Made by a program: the position numbers and the translations under genes
Origin: an uncultured Acidobacteriota bacterium
Lineage (GTDB): Bacteria; Acidobacteriota; Vicinamibacteria; Fen-336
DNA length: 64,000 nucleotides
Direction: 5' to 3'
Assembly (NCBI GenBank): GCA_963703985.1
Contig: CAVPGH010000001.1
Location: 961,713-1,025,712 of the forward strand
Part shown: in pieces, positions 27,921 to 36,468 of the stretch
How the letters are laid out: each line of letters opens with the position of its first letter
How positions within the stretch are numbered: the stretch's first letter is position 1
Notes under the pieces: model-generated
The model's database searches: none
What the model was told of the DNA's origin: nothing
The model's input: the letters and a program-made list of their open reading frames with translations, nothing else

Positions 27921-28511
27921 ATGGCCGTCGACCTCCAGGCCTTCAAGCACGCCCTGTCCCAGTTCGCGAGCGGCGTCACGGTGGTGACGACCGTCCACGA
28001 GGGGCAGCGCTTCGGACTGACCGCGAGCTCCTTCAGCAGCCTCAGCCTCCACCCGCCGCTCGTCCTCGTCTGCCTGGCCCGCAAGGCCGTGACCCACGGT
28101 GTGATCGAGAGAAGCGGGGTGTTCGCGGTCAACGTCCTGGGGGCCCGACAGCTCGAGTTCGGCCTGCGCTTCGCGGGCCTCGTGCCCGGGCTCAAGGACC
28201 GTTTCGAGGGGATCGAAACCGCGGCCGCCGCCACCGGGAGCCCGCTCTTGCCGGGCGTGCTGTCGTGGGTGGACTGCCGGCTGTGGAACCGATACGAAGG
28301 CGGCGACCACTCGATCTTCGTGGGGGAGGTGATCGACCTCGCCGCCACCACCGCCGATACGCCGCTCCTCTACCACAATCGCCTCTGGCGCCGGAGCGAG
28401 GCGCTGGACATGCCGACCCTTCCCGCGCGCGCGAGATCACGGGCGGCCTCGACCTCGCGCGGCTCGAGGAATGCCCGGACCTCGCGGAGCGCCCGCTCGA
28501 AGCGGGGTTGA
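27921..28511 (+). CDS. Flavin reductase family protein (NAD(P)H-flavin oxidoreductase-like)
   Basis: ATG 27921 lies 2 nt after the upstream TAG. Motifs: FKHALSQFASGVTVVTT, GLTASSFSSLSLHPPLVLVCL and GDHSIFVGEV. The 3' end is uncertain: the in-frame stop is at 28511, but the +1 frame continues to 28621 and ends in an ATGA overlap with lemA. Confidence 0.75.
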   Translation: MAVDLQAFKHALSQFASGVTVVTTVHEGQRFGLTASSFSSLSLHPPLVLVCLARKAVTHGVIERSGVFAVNVLGARQLEFGLRFAGLVPGLKDRFEGIETAAAATGSPLLPGVLSWVDCRLWNRYEGGDHSIFVGEVIDLAATTADTPLLYHNRLWRRSEALDMPTLPARARSRAASTSRGSRNARTSRSARSKRG

Positions 28512-28617
28512 CGAGCGGAGCCGTGGTCAGGGTTCGGCGGACGCGCTATCCTTGGAGTTCGCCCATCCGGGAAGCGGCCCGCCGGGGGCGGGCCGGCGGA
28601 ATCCGCAAGGAGGCGTC

Positions 28618-29250
28618 ATGAAGGCACTCGGTTGCCTGGTCGTCATCGTGCTGGCCCTCGTCGCCGTGGGGATGTATGGGGTGGGCATCTACAACAACCT
28701 CGTCGGACTGGGCCAGGGCGCGGACGCCCAATGGGGACAGGTGGAAGCGGCCTACCAGAAGCGCGCCGACCTCGTCCCGAACCTGGTGGCCACCGTGCAG
28801 GGCGCGGCCAACTTCGAGAAGTCCACGCTCACCGCGGTCACGGAGGCGCGCGCGAGCGTGGGCCAGGTCAAGCTCGATCCCAAGAGCCTGACCAGTGATC
28901 CCGCCGCCCTCGCCCGCTTCGAGCAGGCCCAGGGCGCGCTCTCGAGCGCCCTCTCTCGACTGCTCGTCGTGTCCGAGAACTATCCGGAGCTGAAGGCGAA
29001 CCAGAACTTCCAGGACCTGCAGGCGCAGCTCCGTACGATCGAGGACGGGATCAAGGCGGAGCGGAGCCGCTACAACGAGAAGGCCCAGGCCTACAACACG
29101 GCCCGCCTGCGCTTCCCGGCGTCGCTCGTCGCGAACTTCACCGGCTTCGGGGAGAAGGCCTACTTCCAGGCCGCGGCCGGGTCCGAGGCGGCGCCCCGGG
29201 TCCAGTTCGGCACCCCGCCATCGACCGCGGCTCCGGCCCCGGTCCGGTAG
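28618..29250 (+). CDS. lemA: LemA family protein
   Basis: AAGGAGG at 28607-28613 precedes the ATG at 28618. There is an N-terminal TM helix, then YNNLVGLGQGADAQWGQVEAAYQKRADLVPNLV and YPELKANQNFQDLQAQL. Confidence 0.9.
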   Translation: MKALGCLVVIVLALVAVGMYGVGIYNNLVGLGQGADAQWGQVEAAYQKRADLVPNLVATVQGAANFEKSTLTAVTEARASVGQVKLDPKSLTSDPAALARFEQAQGALSSALSRLLVVSENYPELKANQNFQDLQAQLRTIEDGIKAERSRYNEKAQAYNTARLRFPASLVANFTGFGEKAYFQAAAGSEAAPRVQFGTPPSTAAPAPVR

Positions 29251-29254
29251 GCGC

Positions 29255-30037
29255 GTGCGGCTCCTCGTCGCGACGGTCGCGCTCCTCGCGCGCGCCGCCG
29301 CGGCCGGGGCGGCGGAGGGCACTCCTCCTCCGCCCGCGGCCTTCTTCAACGACTACGCGCACCTCGTCCCCGCAGACGAGGCCGCGCGCATGAACGAGAA
29401 GCTGCGTCGCTTCGCGGAGGAGACGAGCACCCAGCTCGTGGTCGCGATCTTCCCGGAGCTCCCGGAAGGGGCCGCCCTGGAGGATTTCACCGTCAACACC
29501 GCCCAGGCGTGGCGCGTCGGCCAGAAGAAGAACGACAACGGGGCGGTCCTGTTCGTCTTCGTGAAGGACCGGAAGATGCGCCTCGAGGTGGGCTACGGCC
29601 TCGAGGGCGCGCTCCCCGACGCGATCGCCAAACGCATCATCGCGGACACGGTGGCCCCCGAGTTCCGGGCGGGTCGCCCCGCGAGCGGGCTCGACGCGGG
29701 CATCGACGCGATGATCGCGGCCACCCGCGGGGAGTACAAGGCCGGTCCCCGCCGTCCGCAGGACGGGGGGAGCGTGCCCCTCGTCGTCGTCCTCATCTTC
29801 CTCGTGCTGCTCCTGGTGTTCATCTCCGCGGCCTCGGCGAACCGGACGGCCCGGATGGGCGGGCCTTCCTATCGGAGCCGGACCTACGGCCGCAACGGTC
29901 CCTTCTGGGGCGGGGGCGGCTTCGGAGGAGGGGGCTTCGGCGGAGGTGGCGGCGGGGGCGGCGGAGGCTTCGGCGGGGGCGGGTTCAGCGGGGGCGGCGG
30001 CTCCTTCGGGGGCGGCGGGGCCTCCGGGAGCTGGTAG
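29255..30037 (+). CDS. TPM-domain protein (YgcG-like) with TM helix and Gly-rich tail
   Basis: GTG start 4 nt after lemA. Signal peptide, then FFNDYAHLV, QLVVAIF, RLEVGYGLEG, a TM helix and a GGGGF-repeat tail. Confidence 0.85.
   Translation: MRLLVATVALLARAAAAGAAEGTPPPPAAFFNDYAHLVPADEAARMNEKLRRFAEETSTQLVVAIFPELPEGAALEDFTVNTAQAWRVGQKKNDNGAVLFVFVKDRKMRLEVGYGLEGALPDAIAKRIIADTVAPEFRAGRPASGLDAGIDAMIAATRGEYKAGPRRPQDGGSVPLVVVLIFLVLLLVFISAASANRTARMGGPSYRSRTYGRNGPFWGGGGFGGGGFGGGGGGGGGGFGGGGFSGGGGSFGGGGASGSW
29908..30022 (+). repeat. Low-complexity GGN-codon run encoding the Gly/Phe tail of the TPM protein
   Basis: GGC/GGG/GGA codons are interrupted by TTC (GGGGFGGGGFGGGGGGGGGGFGGGGFSGGGGSFGGGG). This is coding low complexity, not an array. 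Confidence 0.6.
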
Positions 30038-30039
30038 CC

Positions 30040-30480
30040 ATGGATCCCAAGGTGCTGATCGACCGTCTGGACGATGCGCGGATCGTGGACGCGATCCGAC
30101 GCGCGGAGTCGCTCTCGCGGGGCGAGATCCGCGTGCACGTCACCAGCGAGCCGGTAGGCGACCCCCGGGGCGCGGCGTCGGAGGCGTTCGCCCGCCTGGG
30201 GATGGCCGAGACCGCCGAGCGGAACGGGATCCTCATCTATCTCTCCCCGCGGGCCCAGGCGTTCGCGATCATCGGCGACGAGGGCGTGCACCGGCTCTGC
30301 GGCGAGTCCTTCTGGAAGGAAGTGGCGGCGGCCATGGAAGCGGACTTCCGTGCCCGCCGCTTCACCGAGGGGCTCCTCCAGGGCATCGAGCGCGCGGGCG
30401 AGATCCTGGCCCGCCACTTCCCGCGCGTCGAGGGCCGGGCGGATCGCGACGAGCTGCCGAACGAGATCAGTCGGGGCTGA
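30040..30480 (+). CDS. TPM-domain protein (cytoplasmic type)
   Basis: ATG 30040 lies 2 nt after the upstream TAG, in the frame of ORF 29509-30480. Motifs: GEIRVHV, NGILIYLSPRAQAFAIIGDEGV and FTEGLLQGIERAG. It completes the classic LemA-TPM-TPM trio. Confidence 0.8.
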   Translation: MDPKVLIDRLDDARIVDAIRRAESLSRGEIRVHVTSEPVGDPRGAASEAFARLGMAETAERNGILIYLSPRAQAFAIIGDEGVHRLCGESFWKEVAAAMEADFRARRFTEGLLQGIERAGEILARHFPRVEGRADRDELPNEISRG

Positions 30481-30489
30481 AGGGGAACG

Positions 30490-31173
30490 TCAGGGGGTGA
30501 CCATCCGCTCGGTGCTCGGGCGCCGGGCTCGCCGTGCCGGACCCGCCCGCCGCTGCAGGGCCGCCAGGTACTCGTAGCGGAGCCCGGGCACGTCGACGCC
30601 GCCGGTGACGGCGTTGGCTCGCTCCACCAGGCCGAGGTAGCTCTCGACGTGCTTCAGGGCGCGCCGCGCGTCGCGCGGCTCACCGTCGAGTGCAATGTCC
30701 GCGAAGCGCACCGTGGCCCGGGCGAGGATGGGGAGCGACACCTCGAGCACGCGGGTGATGCCCTCGCGTGCCTTGTCCACGAGCTCGGCATCCGGCTCCG
30801 CGAGGCGGTCGCGCAGATCGGCTTCGAAGCAGAGCAGCCGGGCCGCTTCCCGCTCGAGAGCCTCCGCCATATCCTTCCCGATGCCGTCTTCGGCGCGCCC
30901 GCGCGACAGGCAGGACTCGATCGAAGCCAGACGGTCCCGAGTGGCTTCCGCGGCGAGGGTGGCCTCCCGCCGCGCTTCCTCGTAGGTCCGAAGGGCCCCG
31001 AGGGGACGGCGGATCCAGCGCGGCACGAGCGTCTCCACGCCGAACACGCGCATGGCCGCGGTGTCCTGCAGCAGCCAGGTCCCCGCGGCCCCGCGGTCGA
31101 GGCTCGAGAAGGCGGCGAGTGACTCCAGCGTCTCCCGGGCCGCGTCGAACTCCGTGAGGATCTCGGGACGCAT
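30490..31173 (-). CDS. Hypothetical protein (all-alpha by eye)
   Basis: The last 228 codons of the ORF 30490-33321 frame, from ATG 31173 (MRPEILTEFDAARETLESL...). Composition is balanced and GC3-rich, unlike the Arg/Pro/Gly-rich upstream part of that ORF. I recognise no domain. Confidence 0.55.
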   Translation of the reverse strand: MRPEILTEFDAARETLESLAAFSSLDRGAAGTWLLQDTAAMRVFGVETLVPRWIRRPLGALRTYEEARREATLAAEATRDRLASIESCLSRGRAEDGIGKDMAEALEREAARLLCFEADLRDRLAEPDAELVDKAREGITRVLEVSLPILARATVRFADIALDGEPRDARRALKHVESYLGLVERANAVTGGVDVPGLRYEYLAALQRRAGPARRARRPSTERMVTP

Positions 31174-31337
31174 CGCGGAAGGCTCGTCGGGGTTTCCGGC
31201 CCGCTGCTGCGGCCCCGGGGGGCGGCCGCTCAGCAAGAAGGTAGGAACGACTGCCGGACGATAGCACGCCTCTCCCGCGAAAGCATCCGGAGGGCCGAGC
31301 GTGTTCGGCCCGTCCGCGGGACGGAAGGGGAACGCCT

Positions 31338-33407
31338 TCAGCGGGGGAGGGTCCGCAGGAACGCCTGCGCCCGGCGGCCCAGGGCCGGGGGCGGACTCTC
31401 GCGCAGGAGCTCCTCGACCAGCGCGCGCGCGGCCTCCGGCCGGCCGCGCGTCGCCTCCACCACCGCCAGGTTCAGCTTCGCCTCCCCGTACCGGGGATCG
31501 ACGGCGAGGACGCGCGCGAAAAACCCGGCCGCCGCTTCCAGGTCGTTCGCCTCCACCGCCAGCACCCCGAGCCCGTTCAGCGGATCGACGTAGGCGGGCG
31601 CGAGCTCCGACGCGCGGCGGTAGGCCGCTTGCGCGTCCCCCCGCTGCCCGAGCGTCCGGAGCACGTTGCCCTGGTTGTTCCAGGCTTGCGCGTTGTTCGG
31701 GTCGAGACGGATGGCCTCCGCCACCGCCCGGAGAGCGTCCTGCGGCCGGCCTCTCTGCGCCTCGAGCACGGCCAGGTGGTTGTACGGCTCCGGCAGCTGC
31801 GGGTTCAGGGCGATCGCGTGGGCTTCGCTGCGGATCGCCTCCAGGGTGCGGCCCGCTCCGGCCAGAGCGAGGGCCCGCTCGTGCACGAGGACCGCGTCCT
31901 CGCCGAAAGCGGAGGCGACGCGCGCGGCCTCGTCGCTCTTTCCCGCCCGGCGCAGCGCCGCGGCCAGGCCCCGGCGGAAGACGGGATTGCCCGGCTCGCG
32001 CGCCAGCAGCCGGCGATAGCCCTCGAGGGCGGCGGGGAGGTCGCCGCGGGCCTCGGCCCAGCTCGCCCGCTCGAACTCGCGGAACGCGGGGAGCGCGTCC
32101 TTGGGATCGACCAGATCCTCGCCGGGAACGGGCGGAGGAGCCGGGGCGGCGCCGGCATAGCCGAGAGCGCGGAGTCGCTCCGCGACCTCGAGGGCGAGCG
32201 TGGCCGGAGCGCCGGGAGAGTCGTTCCCCCGGAAGGCGGCCAGGGCCTGCCGCAGGCGCGCGACGTCCTCGGGCCGTCGATCGGCGAGATTGGCGGACTC
32301 GCCCGGGTCCGCGCCGAGGTCGTAGAGCTCGGGCCGCGGCGCGTCGACGAGCTTCAGGGAGCCGAGCCGATAGGAGAAGAGCGGGGCCCAGCCGAAGGTC
32401 CGCGGATAGAGCGTCTCCGCGTAGGACTCGCGGGGGCGCGGGCCCGCGAGCAGGTTCTTCCCGTCGAGGCCCGCCGGGACCTCGAGGCCGACGAGGGCCA
32501 GCAGCGTCGGGGTGACGTCGGCGGTGCGGGCCGGTGCGGGCCGGCGCTCGCCCCGCGGCAACCCCGGCCCCGCGAGGATGAGGGGGACCCGCAAGGTCGG
32601 CTGATACACGAAGAAGCCGTGGGTGGGCTCGCCGTGCTCCTCCAGCGCCTCCCCGTGGTCGGCGGTGACGGCCACGACGAGGCGGCCTTTCGCCGCCGCC
32701 TCCGCGGCCTCGAGGAGCGGGCGGAGGCACGCATCCACGTGGGCGACCTCGCCGTCGTAGGGACGGCCCGCGTACTCCTCGCGGAAGGGGGAAGGCGGAT
32801 CGTAGGGCGCGTGGGGATCGTAGAGGTGGACCCAGGCGAGGAACGGCGTCCGGGCCTGGGCGAGCCAGCCTCGCGCGGACTCCACCACCGCCTCGCCCTT
32901 CCGCTCCGACTCGAGCACGCTCGTCCCTTCCGACCGGCGCTCGATCCGGTCGTCGTACTCGTCGAACCCGCGCTGCAGGCCGAAGCGACGGTCGAGGACG
33001 TAGGCGCCCACGAAGGCGGCGGTCGCGTATCCGCGCGCGCGGAGGCGGGTGGCGATCGTCTCCCGCGCCTCCGGGAACACGTACGTTCCGTTGTCGCGCA
33101 CGCCGTGCCGGGGCGGCTCCAGGCCGGAGAGGATCGTGGAGTGCGAGGGAAGCGTGAGGGGCACGGAGGAGAGCGCTTCCTCGAAGAGGACGCCGCGCGC
33201 GGCCAGCGCGTCGAGGGTGGGCGTGCGCACGTCGCGCGCGCCGTAGGTGCCCACGCGGTCGGCGCGCAAGGTGTCGATCGTGACGAGAAGCACGGAAGGC
33301 GGAGGGCCGCTCGCCCGGCACGCGACGAGCGTGACGAGCGCGACCAGCACCGTCCCCGCCGTCGCGCGCCCCCGTCCAATCGCTTGGGGCAACTTGTTGA
33401 TTTTCAT
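31338..33407 (-). CDS. Lipoprotein: sulfatase-fold hydrolase/transferase with Thr nucleophile, fused to C-terminal TPR repeats (copy 2)
   Basis: Frame of ORF 31338-33698, with ATG 33407 (MKINKL...VALVTLVAC lipobox). Motifs: SVLLVTIDTLRADR, LTLPSHSTILSGLEPPRHGVRDNG, TADHGEALEEHGE and ELYDLGADPGESANLA, followed by ~280 aa of TPR (NPQLPEPYNHLAVLEAQRGRPQDA..., PNNAQAWNNQGNVLRTLGQ...). Confidence 0.85.
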   Translation of the reverse strand: MKINKLPQAIGRGRATAGTVLVALVTLVACRASGPPPSVLLVTIDTLRADRVGTYGARDVRTPTLDALAARGVLFEEALSSVPLTLPSHSTILSGLEPPRHGVRDNGTYVFPEARETIATRLRARGYATAAFVGAYVLDRRFGLQRGFDEYDDRIERRSEGTSVLESERKGEAVVESARGWLAQARTPFLAWVHLYDPHAPYDPPSPFREEYAGRPYDGEVAHVDACLRPLLEAAEAAAKGRLVVAVTADHGEALEEHGEPTHGFFVYQPTLRVPLILAGPGLPRGERRPAPARTADVTPTLLALVGLEVPAGLDGKNLLAGPRPRESYAETLYPRTFGWAPLFSYRLGSLKLVDAPRPELYDLGADPGESANLADRRPEDVARLRQALAAFRGNDSPGAPATLALEVAERLRALGYAGAAPAPPPVPGEDLVDPKDALPAFREFERASWAEARGDLPAALEGYRRLLAREPGNPVFRRGLAAALRRAGKSDEAARVASAFGEDAVLVHERALALAGAGRTLEAIRSEAHAIALNPQLPEPYNHLAVLEAQRGRPQDALRAVAEAIRLDPNNAQAWNNQGNVLRTLGQRGDAQAAYRRASELAPAYVDPLNGLGVLAVEANDLEAAAGFFARVLAVDPRYGEAKLNLAVVEATRGRPEAARALVEELLRESPPPALGRRAQAFLRTLPR

Positions 33408-33507
33408 CTGCGTATCGTCACAGTGTCGAGAGAAAGGTTGACGCATCAAGGAATTGGACATCCCGGTCTCGACCTCGACGCACTGTGGGGCTAGAAGGAG
33501 AAGACAG

Positions 33508-36381
33508 ATGAAGATCGCAGGATGGTTCGGCCGAGGCTTCGCTCTGCTCGTGCTCGCGGTGCTCGCGAGCACGGCGCACGCCCAGACGTCCGCGGGCTCC
33601 CTCGCCGGCCGCGTCGTGGACGCGTCCGGCTCTCCCGTATCCGGCGCCTCCGTGACCGCGACCGCCCCCGAGAGGGGGTTCACCCGCACCGTGTCCACGG
33701 AATCCGACGGAGCGTTCCGCTTCGCGGCCCTGCCCGCGGGGACCTACGACGTGACGGTCAAGCTCGTGGGCTTCAAGACCGTCGAGCAGCGGGGGGTGGT
33801 CGTCAACGTGGCGAGCGCCCACACGTTCGACGTGCACCTCGACGTGGCCTCGGTGGAAGAGGCAGTCACCGTCACCGCCGAGGTCCCGGTGGTGCAGTCG
33901 GAGCCCGCCATTGGAGCGGTGGTGAGCCAGAAGGAGCTGGAGAACCTCCCCCTGAACGGGCGGCAGTTCGCCAACCTCGGCATCCTCGCTCCCGGCACCT
34001 CGCTCGACTACAACTCCGATCCCACCAAGCCCGGGCAGCTCACGATCGCGCTCAACGGCGGCATCGGGCGCAACGTGAACTACGTCGTGGACGGAGGCGA
34101 CAACACCGACGACACCATCGGGGGCGCGCTGCAGAACTACTCGGTGGAGAACGTCCAGGAGTTCAAGATCCAGACCCAGCAATACAAGGCCGAGTTCGGG
34201 CGCTCCACCGGGGGGGTCCTCACCGTGGTCACCAAGACCGGCACCAACGAGCTCCACGGCGGCGGCTTCGGATTCTTCCGCGACGACGCCCTCAACTCCG
34301 AGACGGAGACGGAGAAGGCCACGGGCATCGGCAAGCAGCCCTACCGCCGGTGGCAGTACGGGGCCTCTCTCGGCGGGCCCATCGTGAAGGACAAGGTGCA
34401 TTTCTTCGGGAGCTACGAAAAGACGAAGCGGGACAACAACTACACGGTGGACACGGACGGGCTCATCCCGACCGAGGATGGAAAGACCATCCCCATCCCC
34501 TTCAACGACGAGCTCGTGGGGGGCAAGGTCACCGCCAACCTCACCCCCCGCCAGTTCCTGCAGGTGCGCTTCGGCTACCAGAAGAACACCGACAAGTACG
34601 GGGCCAGCCCCCAGGCCACTCCCGATTCCCTGGGCACGCTCACGAACAAGTATCGCTCCCTCCTCGTGGGCCACACCACCCAGCTGGGCAACGGCTCCCT
34701 GAACGAATTCTCGTTCCAATACTCGCGTTTCGAGAACCTGATCAGCGCCGACTCGACGAATCCCTACGTCGCCTATCCCTCCGGGGTCCACACCGGCCAG
34801 AACCCCAACACGCCCCAGACCACCTTCCAGACCAAGTACCAGTTCCACGACGATTTCACCTTCTCGCGCACCCTCGGCGGCCGCCGGCACGACTTCAAGA
34901 TGGGCCTGAACTTCGTCCACGAGCCGTCGCTCGGAGGCAGCGCCGACAGCGGTGTCGACGCGCCCCAGTTCCTCCTCCTCGAGGACCGGATCGGCTCCCC
35001 CGTCACCGACATCACGCAGAACGGGGGGAGCTCGCTCTTCTCCACCCCCGTCAACCAGTACAGCGTCTACGTCCAGGACGATTTCCACGTGGGCCGCCGT
35101 TTCGTCCTGAACCTGGGGGTGCGCTACGACCTCTGGACCGGCTTCGACCTCGACCAGCGCTCGAACCCGATCTGGCAGACGCTCTCCACCCAGACCCAGT
35201 ACGACGAGAGCTACCTCCAGGACTTCCAGGGCGGGAAGGGCGGCGTCCTCGAGAACGACCGGAACAACTGGGGGCCCCGGGTCGGCTTCTCCTGGGACCT
35301 CAAGGGCGACGGCAAGGCCTTCCTCCGTGGCGGGTGGGGCCTCTACTACGACTTTCCCTACACGAACGCCACCATCCTCTTCCCTTCCATCGCGGTCGAG
35401 ACCAACTTCGGCCTCGCCTACCAGAACCGCGACGCGAACGGGATCCGCAACCCCGACGGGACGTTCTTCCAGCCCGGGCAGCCCCTGCCCCCCAACCAGC
35501 TCCCGGGCCTCGCCGCGAACCCGCCTAACGAAGTGGCGTCGCCGACCCTGGCCACTCCCTACAGCCGGCAGGGCTCGCTGGGCTTCTCCGCGGAGGTGGC
35601 GCGCGGGCTGAGCGTGAGCGTCGACTTCGTGACCGTCGACTACCGGGACCTCCCCTTCCGCTTCCGGATCAACACCCTCACCTCGTCGGGCCAGCCGCGC
35701 TTCCCGCAGTTCGGCAACTTCCGCCTCTGGTACGGCAAGGGGGCGGGCGACTACGACGGGGGCAACCTCGGCGTGCGCGCCCGCGTCTCGGACAAGCTGA
35801 CCCTCCAGGGCTTCTACACGCTCTCCCGGATCCGCGGTAACACGCTCTCGGGGGCGGACGAGTTCCGGCTGACCAACCTCAACTACCAGCCCGACCTCCG
35901 CGTGGGCCGCGACGTGTCCGTCGACCCGCTGGACCCGCTCTGCGCCGCCTGCGTCGGGCCCCTCAACACCGACGCCCGCCACCGGGTGACCCTCGGCGCC
36001 ACCTGGAGCCTGCCCCACAGCTTCCTCCTCGCCGGTCTCTTCCGCTACCGCTCGGCCACGCCCTACCTCATCTATGCGGGACGGGACCTGAACGGGGACG
36101 GCTTCGTAGTCGACCTGCCTCCGGGGGTGAGCGAGGTGAACGCGGGACGGGGGAGCTCGTTCTCGCAGCTCGATCTTCGGGCCGCCAAGACCTTCAAGCT
36201 CGGCAAGAGCGCGGGCGTCGAGATCGTGGGCGAGGTCTTCAACGTCTTCAACGCCAAGAACCCCGCGGGCTACGTGGGGAGCCTGGCCGCCACCAACTTC
36301 GGCGGGGCCACCACGTACGCGGGCGATCCCCTGCAGGGCGAGCAGCGTCTCGCCCAGCTCGGGCTTCGGCTCCGCTTCTAG
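33508..36381 (+). CDS. TonB-dependent receptor with N-terminal CarboxypepD_reg-like domain (copy 2, intact)
   Basis: GAAGGAG at 33494-33500 precedes ATG 33508. Signal peptide ...STAHA-QT, then [23 protein letters not shown]...[16 protein letters not shown], a plug ([20 protein letters not shown]), a long barrel, and a C-terminal LGLRLRF. Confidence 0.9.
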   Translation: MKIAGWFGRGFALLVLAVLASTAHAQTSAGSLAGRVVDASGSPVSGASVTATAPERGFTRTVSTESDGAFRFAALPAGTYDVTVKLVGFKTVEQRGVVVNVASAHTFDVHLDVASVEEAVTVTAEVPVVQSEPAIGAVVSQKELENLPLNGRQFANLGILAPGTSLDYNSDPTKPGQLTIALNGGIGRNVNYVVDGGDNTDDTIGGALQNYSVENVQEFKIQTQQYKAEFGRSTGGVLTVVTKTGTNELHGGGFGFFRDDALNSETETEKATGIGKQPYRRWQYGASLGGPIVKDKVHFFGSYEKTKRDNNYTVDTDGLIPTEDGKTIPIPFNDELVGGKVTANLTPRQFLQVRFGYQKNTDKYGASPQATPDSLGTLTNKYRSLLVGHTTQLGNGSLNEFSFQYSRFENLISADSTNPYVAYPSGVHTGQNPNTPQTTFQTKYQFHDDFTFSRTLGGRRHDFKMGLNFVHEPSLGGSADSGVDAPQFLLLEDRIGSPVTDITQNGGSSLFSTPVNQYSVYVQDDFHVGRRFVLNLGVRYDLWTGFDLDQRSNPIWQTLSTQTQYDESYLQDFQGGKGGVLENDRNNWGPRVGFSWDLKGDGKAFLRGGWGLYYDFPYTNATILFPSIAVETNFGLAYQNRDANGIRNPDGTFFQPGQPLPPNQLPGLAANPPNEVASPTLATPYSRQGSLGFSAEVARGLSVSVDFVTVDYRDLPFRFRINTLTSSGQPRFPQFGNFRLWYGKGAGDYDGGNLGVRARVSDKLTLQGFYTLSRIRGNTLSGADEFRLTNLNYQPDLRVGRDVSVDPLDPLCAACVGPLNTDARHRVTLGATWSLPHSFLLAGLFRYRSATPYLIYAGRDLNGDGFVVDLPPGVSEVNAGRGSSFSQLDLRAAKTFKLGKSAGVEIVGEVFNVFNAKNPAGYVGSLAATNFGGATTYAGDPLQGEQRLAQLGLRLRF

Positions 36382-36391
36382 AGACGAACAG

Positions 36392-36430
36392 ACCCCGGGG
36401 CACCGACGACGTGCCCCGGGGTTTCCCTCC
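36392..36430 (+). terminator. Intrinsic terminator after receptor copy 2
   Basis: ACCCCGGGGCAC-cgacgac-GTGCCCCGGGGT forms a perfect 12-bp stem, followed by the pyrimidine/T-rich TTCCCTCCTGTT. It starts 11 nt after the stop. Confidence 0.65.
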
Positions 36431-36468
36431 TGTTATGCTTCCCGCGCTTCCCGACCGGCGACGCGCGG

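Noticed and set aside
24525-28511. Reading the HpaB-superfamily protein plus the flavin reductase as a two-component HpaB/HpaC-type aromatic monooxygenase.
   Set aside because: The large protein follows clostridial AbfD almost block for block and retains the CxxxC and His/Cys cluster-ligand motifs that HpaB oxygenases lack. I keep the reductase link only as a hypothesis.
29908-30022. Periodic GGC/GGG-rich DNA that might be taken for a tandem repeat or array.
   Set aside because: It is in frame within the TPM-domain gene and encodes the Gly/Phe-rich tail common in YgcG-like proteins. It has no spacer/repeat organisation.
30490-33321. 943-aa ORF on the minus strand, one of the longest in the track.
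   Set aside because: Only its last 228 codons (from ATG 31173) look like real protein. The rest is Arg/Pro/Gly/Ala-rich sequence read out of frame over the genuine sulfatase-fold/TPR gene (31338-33407, same strand, different frame). This is typical of open alternative frames in very GC-rich DNA.
33418-36018. 866-aa ORF antisense to receptor copy 2. Similar giants occur at 51029-53902(-), 42582-44573(-), 17058-19121(-), 10771-12423(-), 16412-18817(+) and 42731-45148(+).
   Set aside because: All have low-complexity Arg/Gly/Pro/Ala/Glu-rich translations with no recognisable motifs. Each is fully overlapped by a gene with strong family signatures on the other strand or in another frame.
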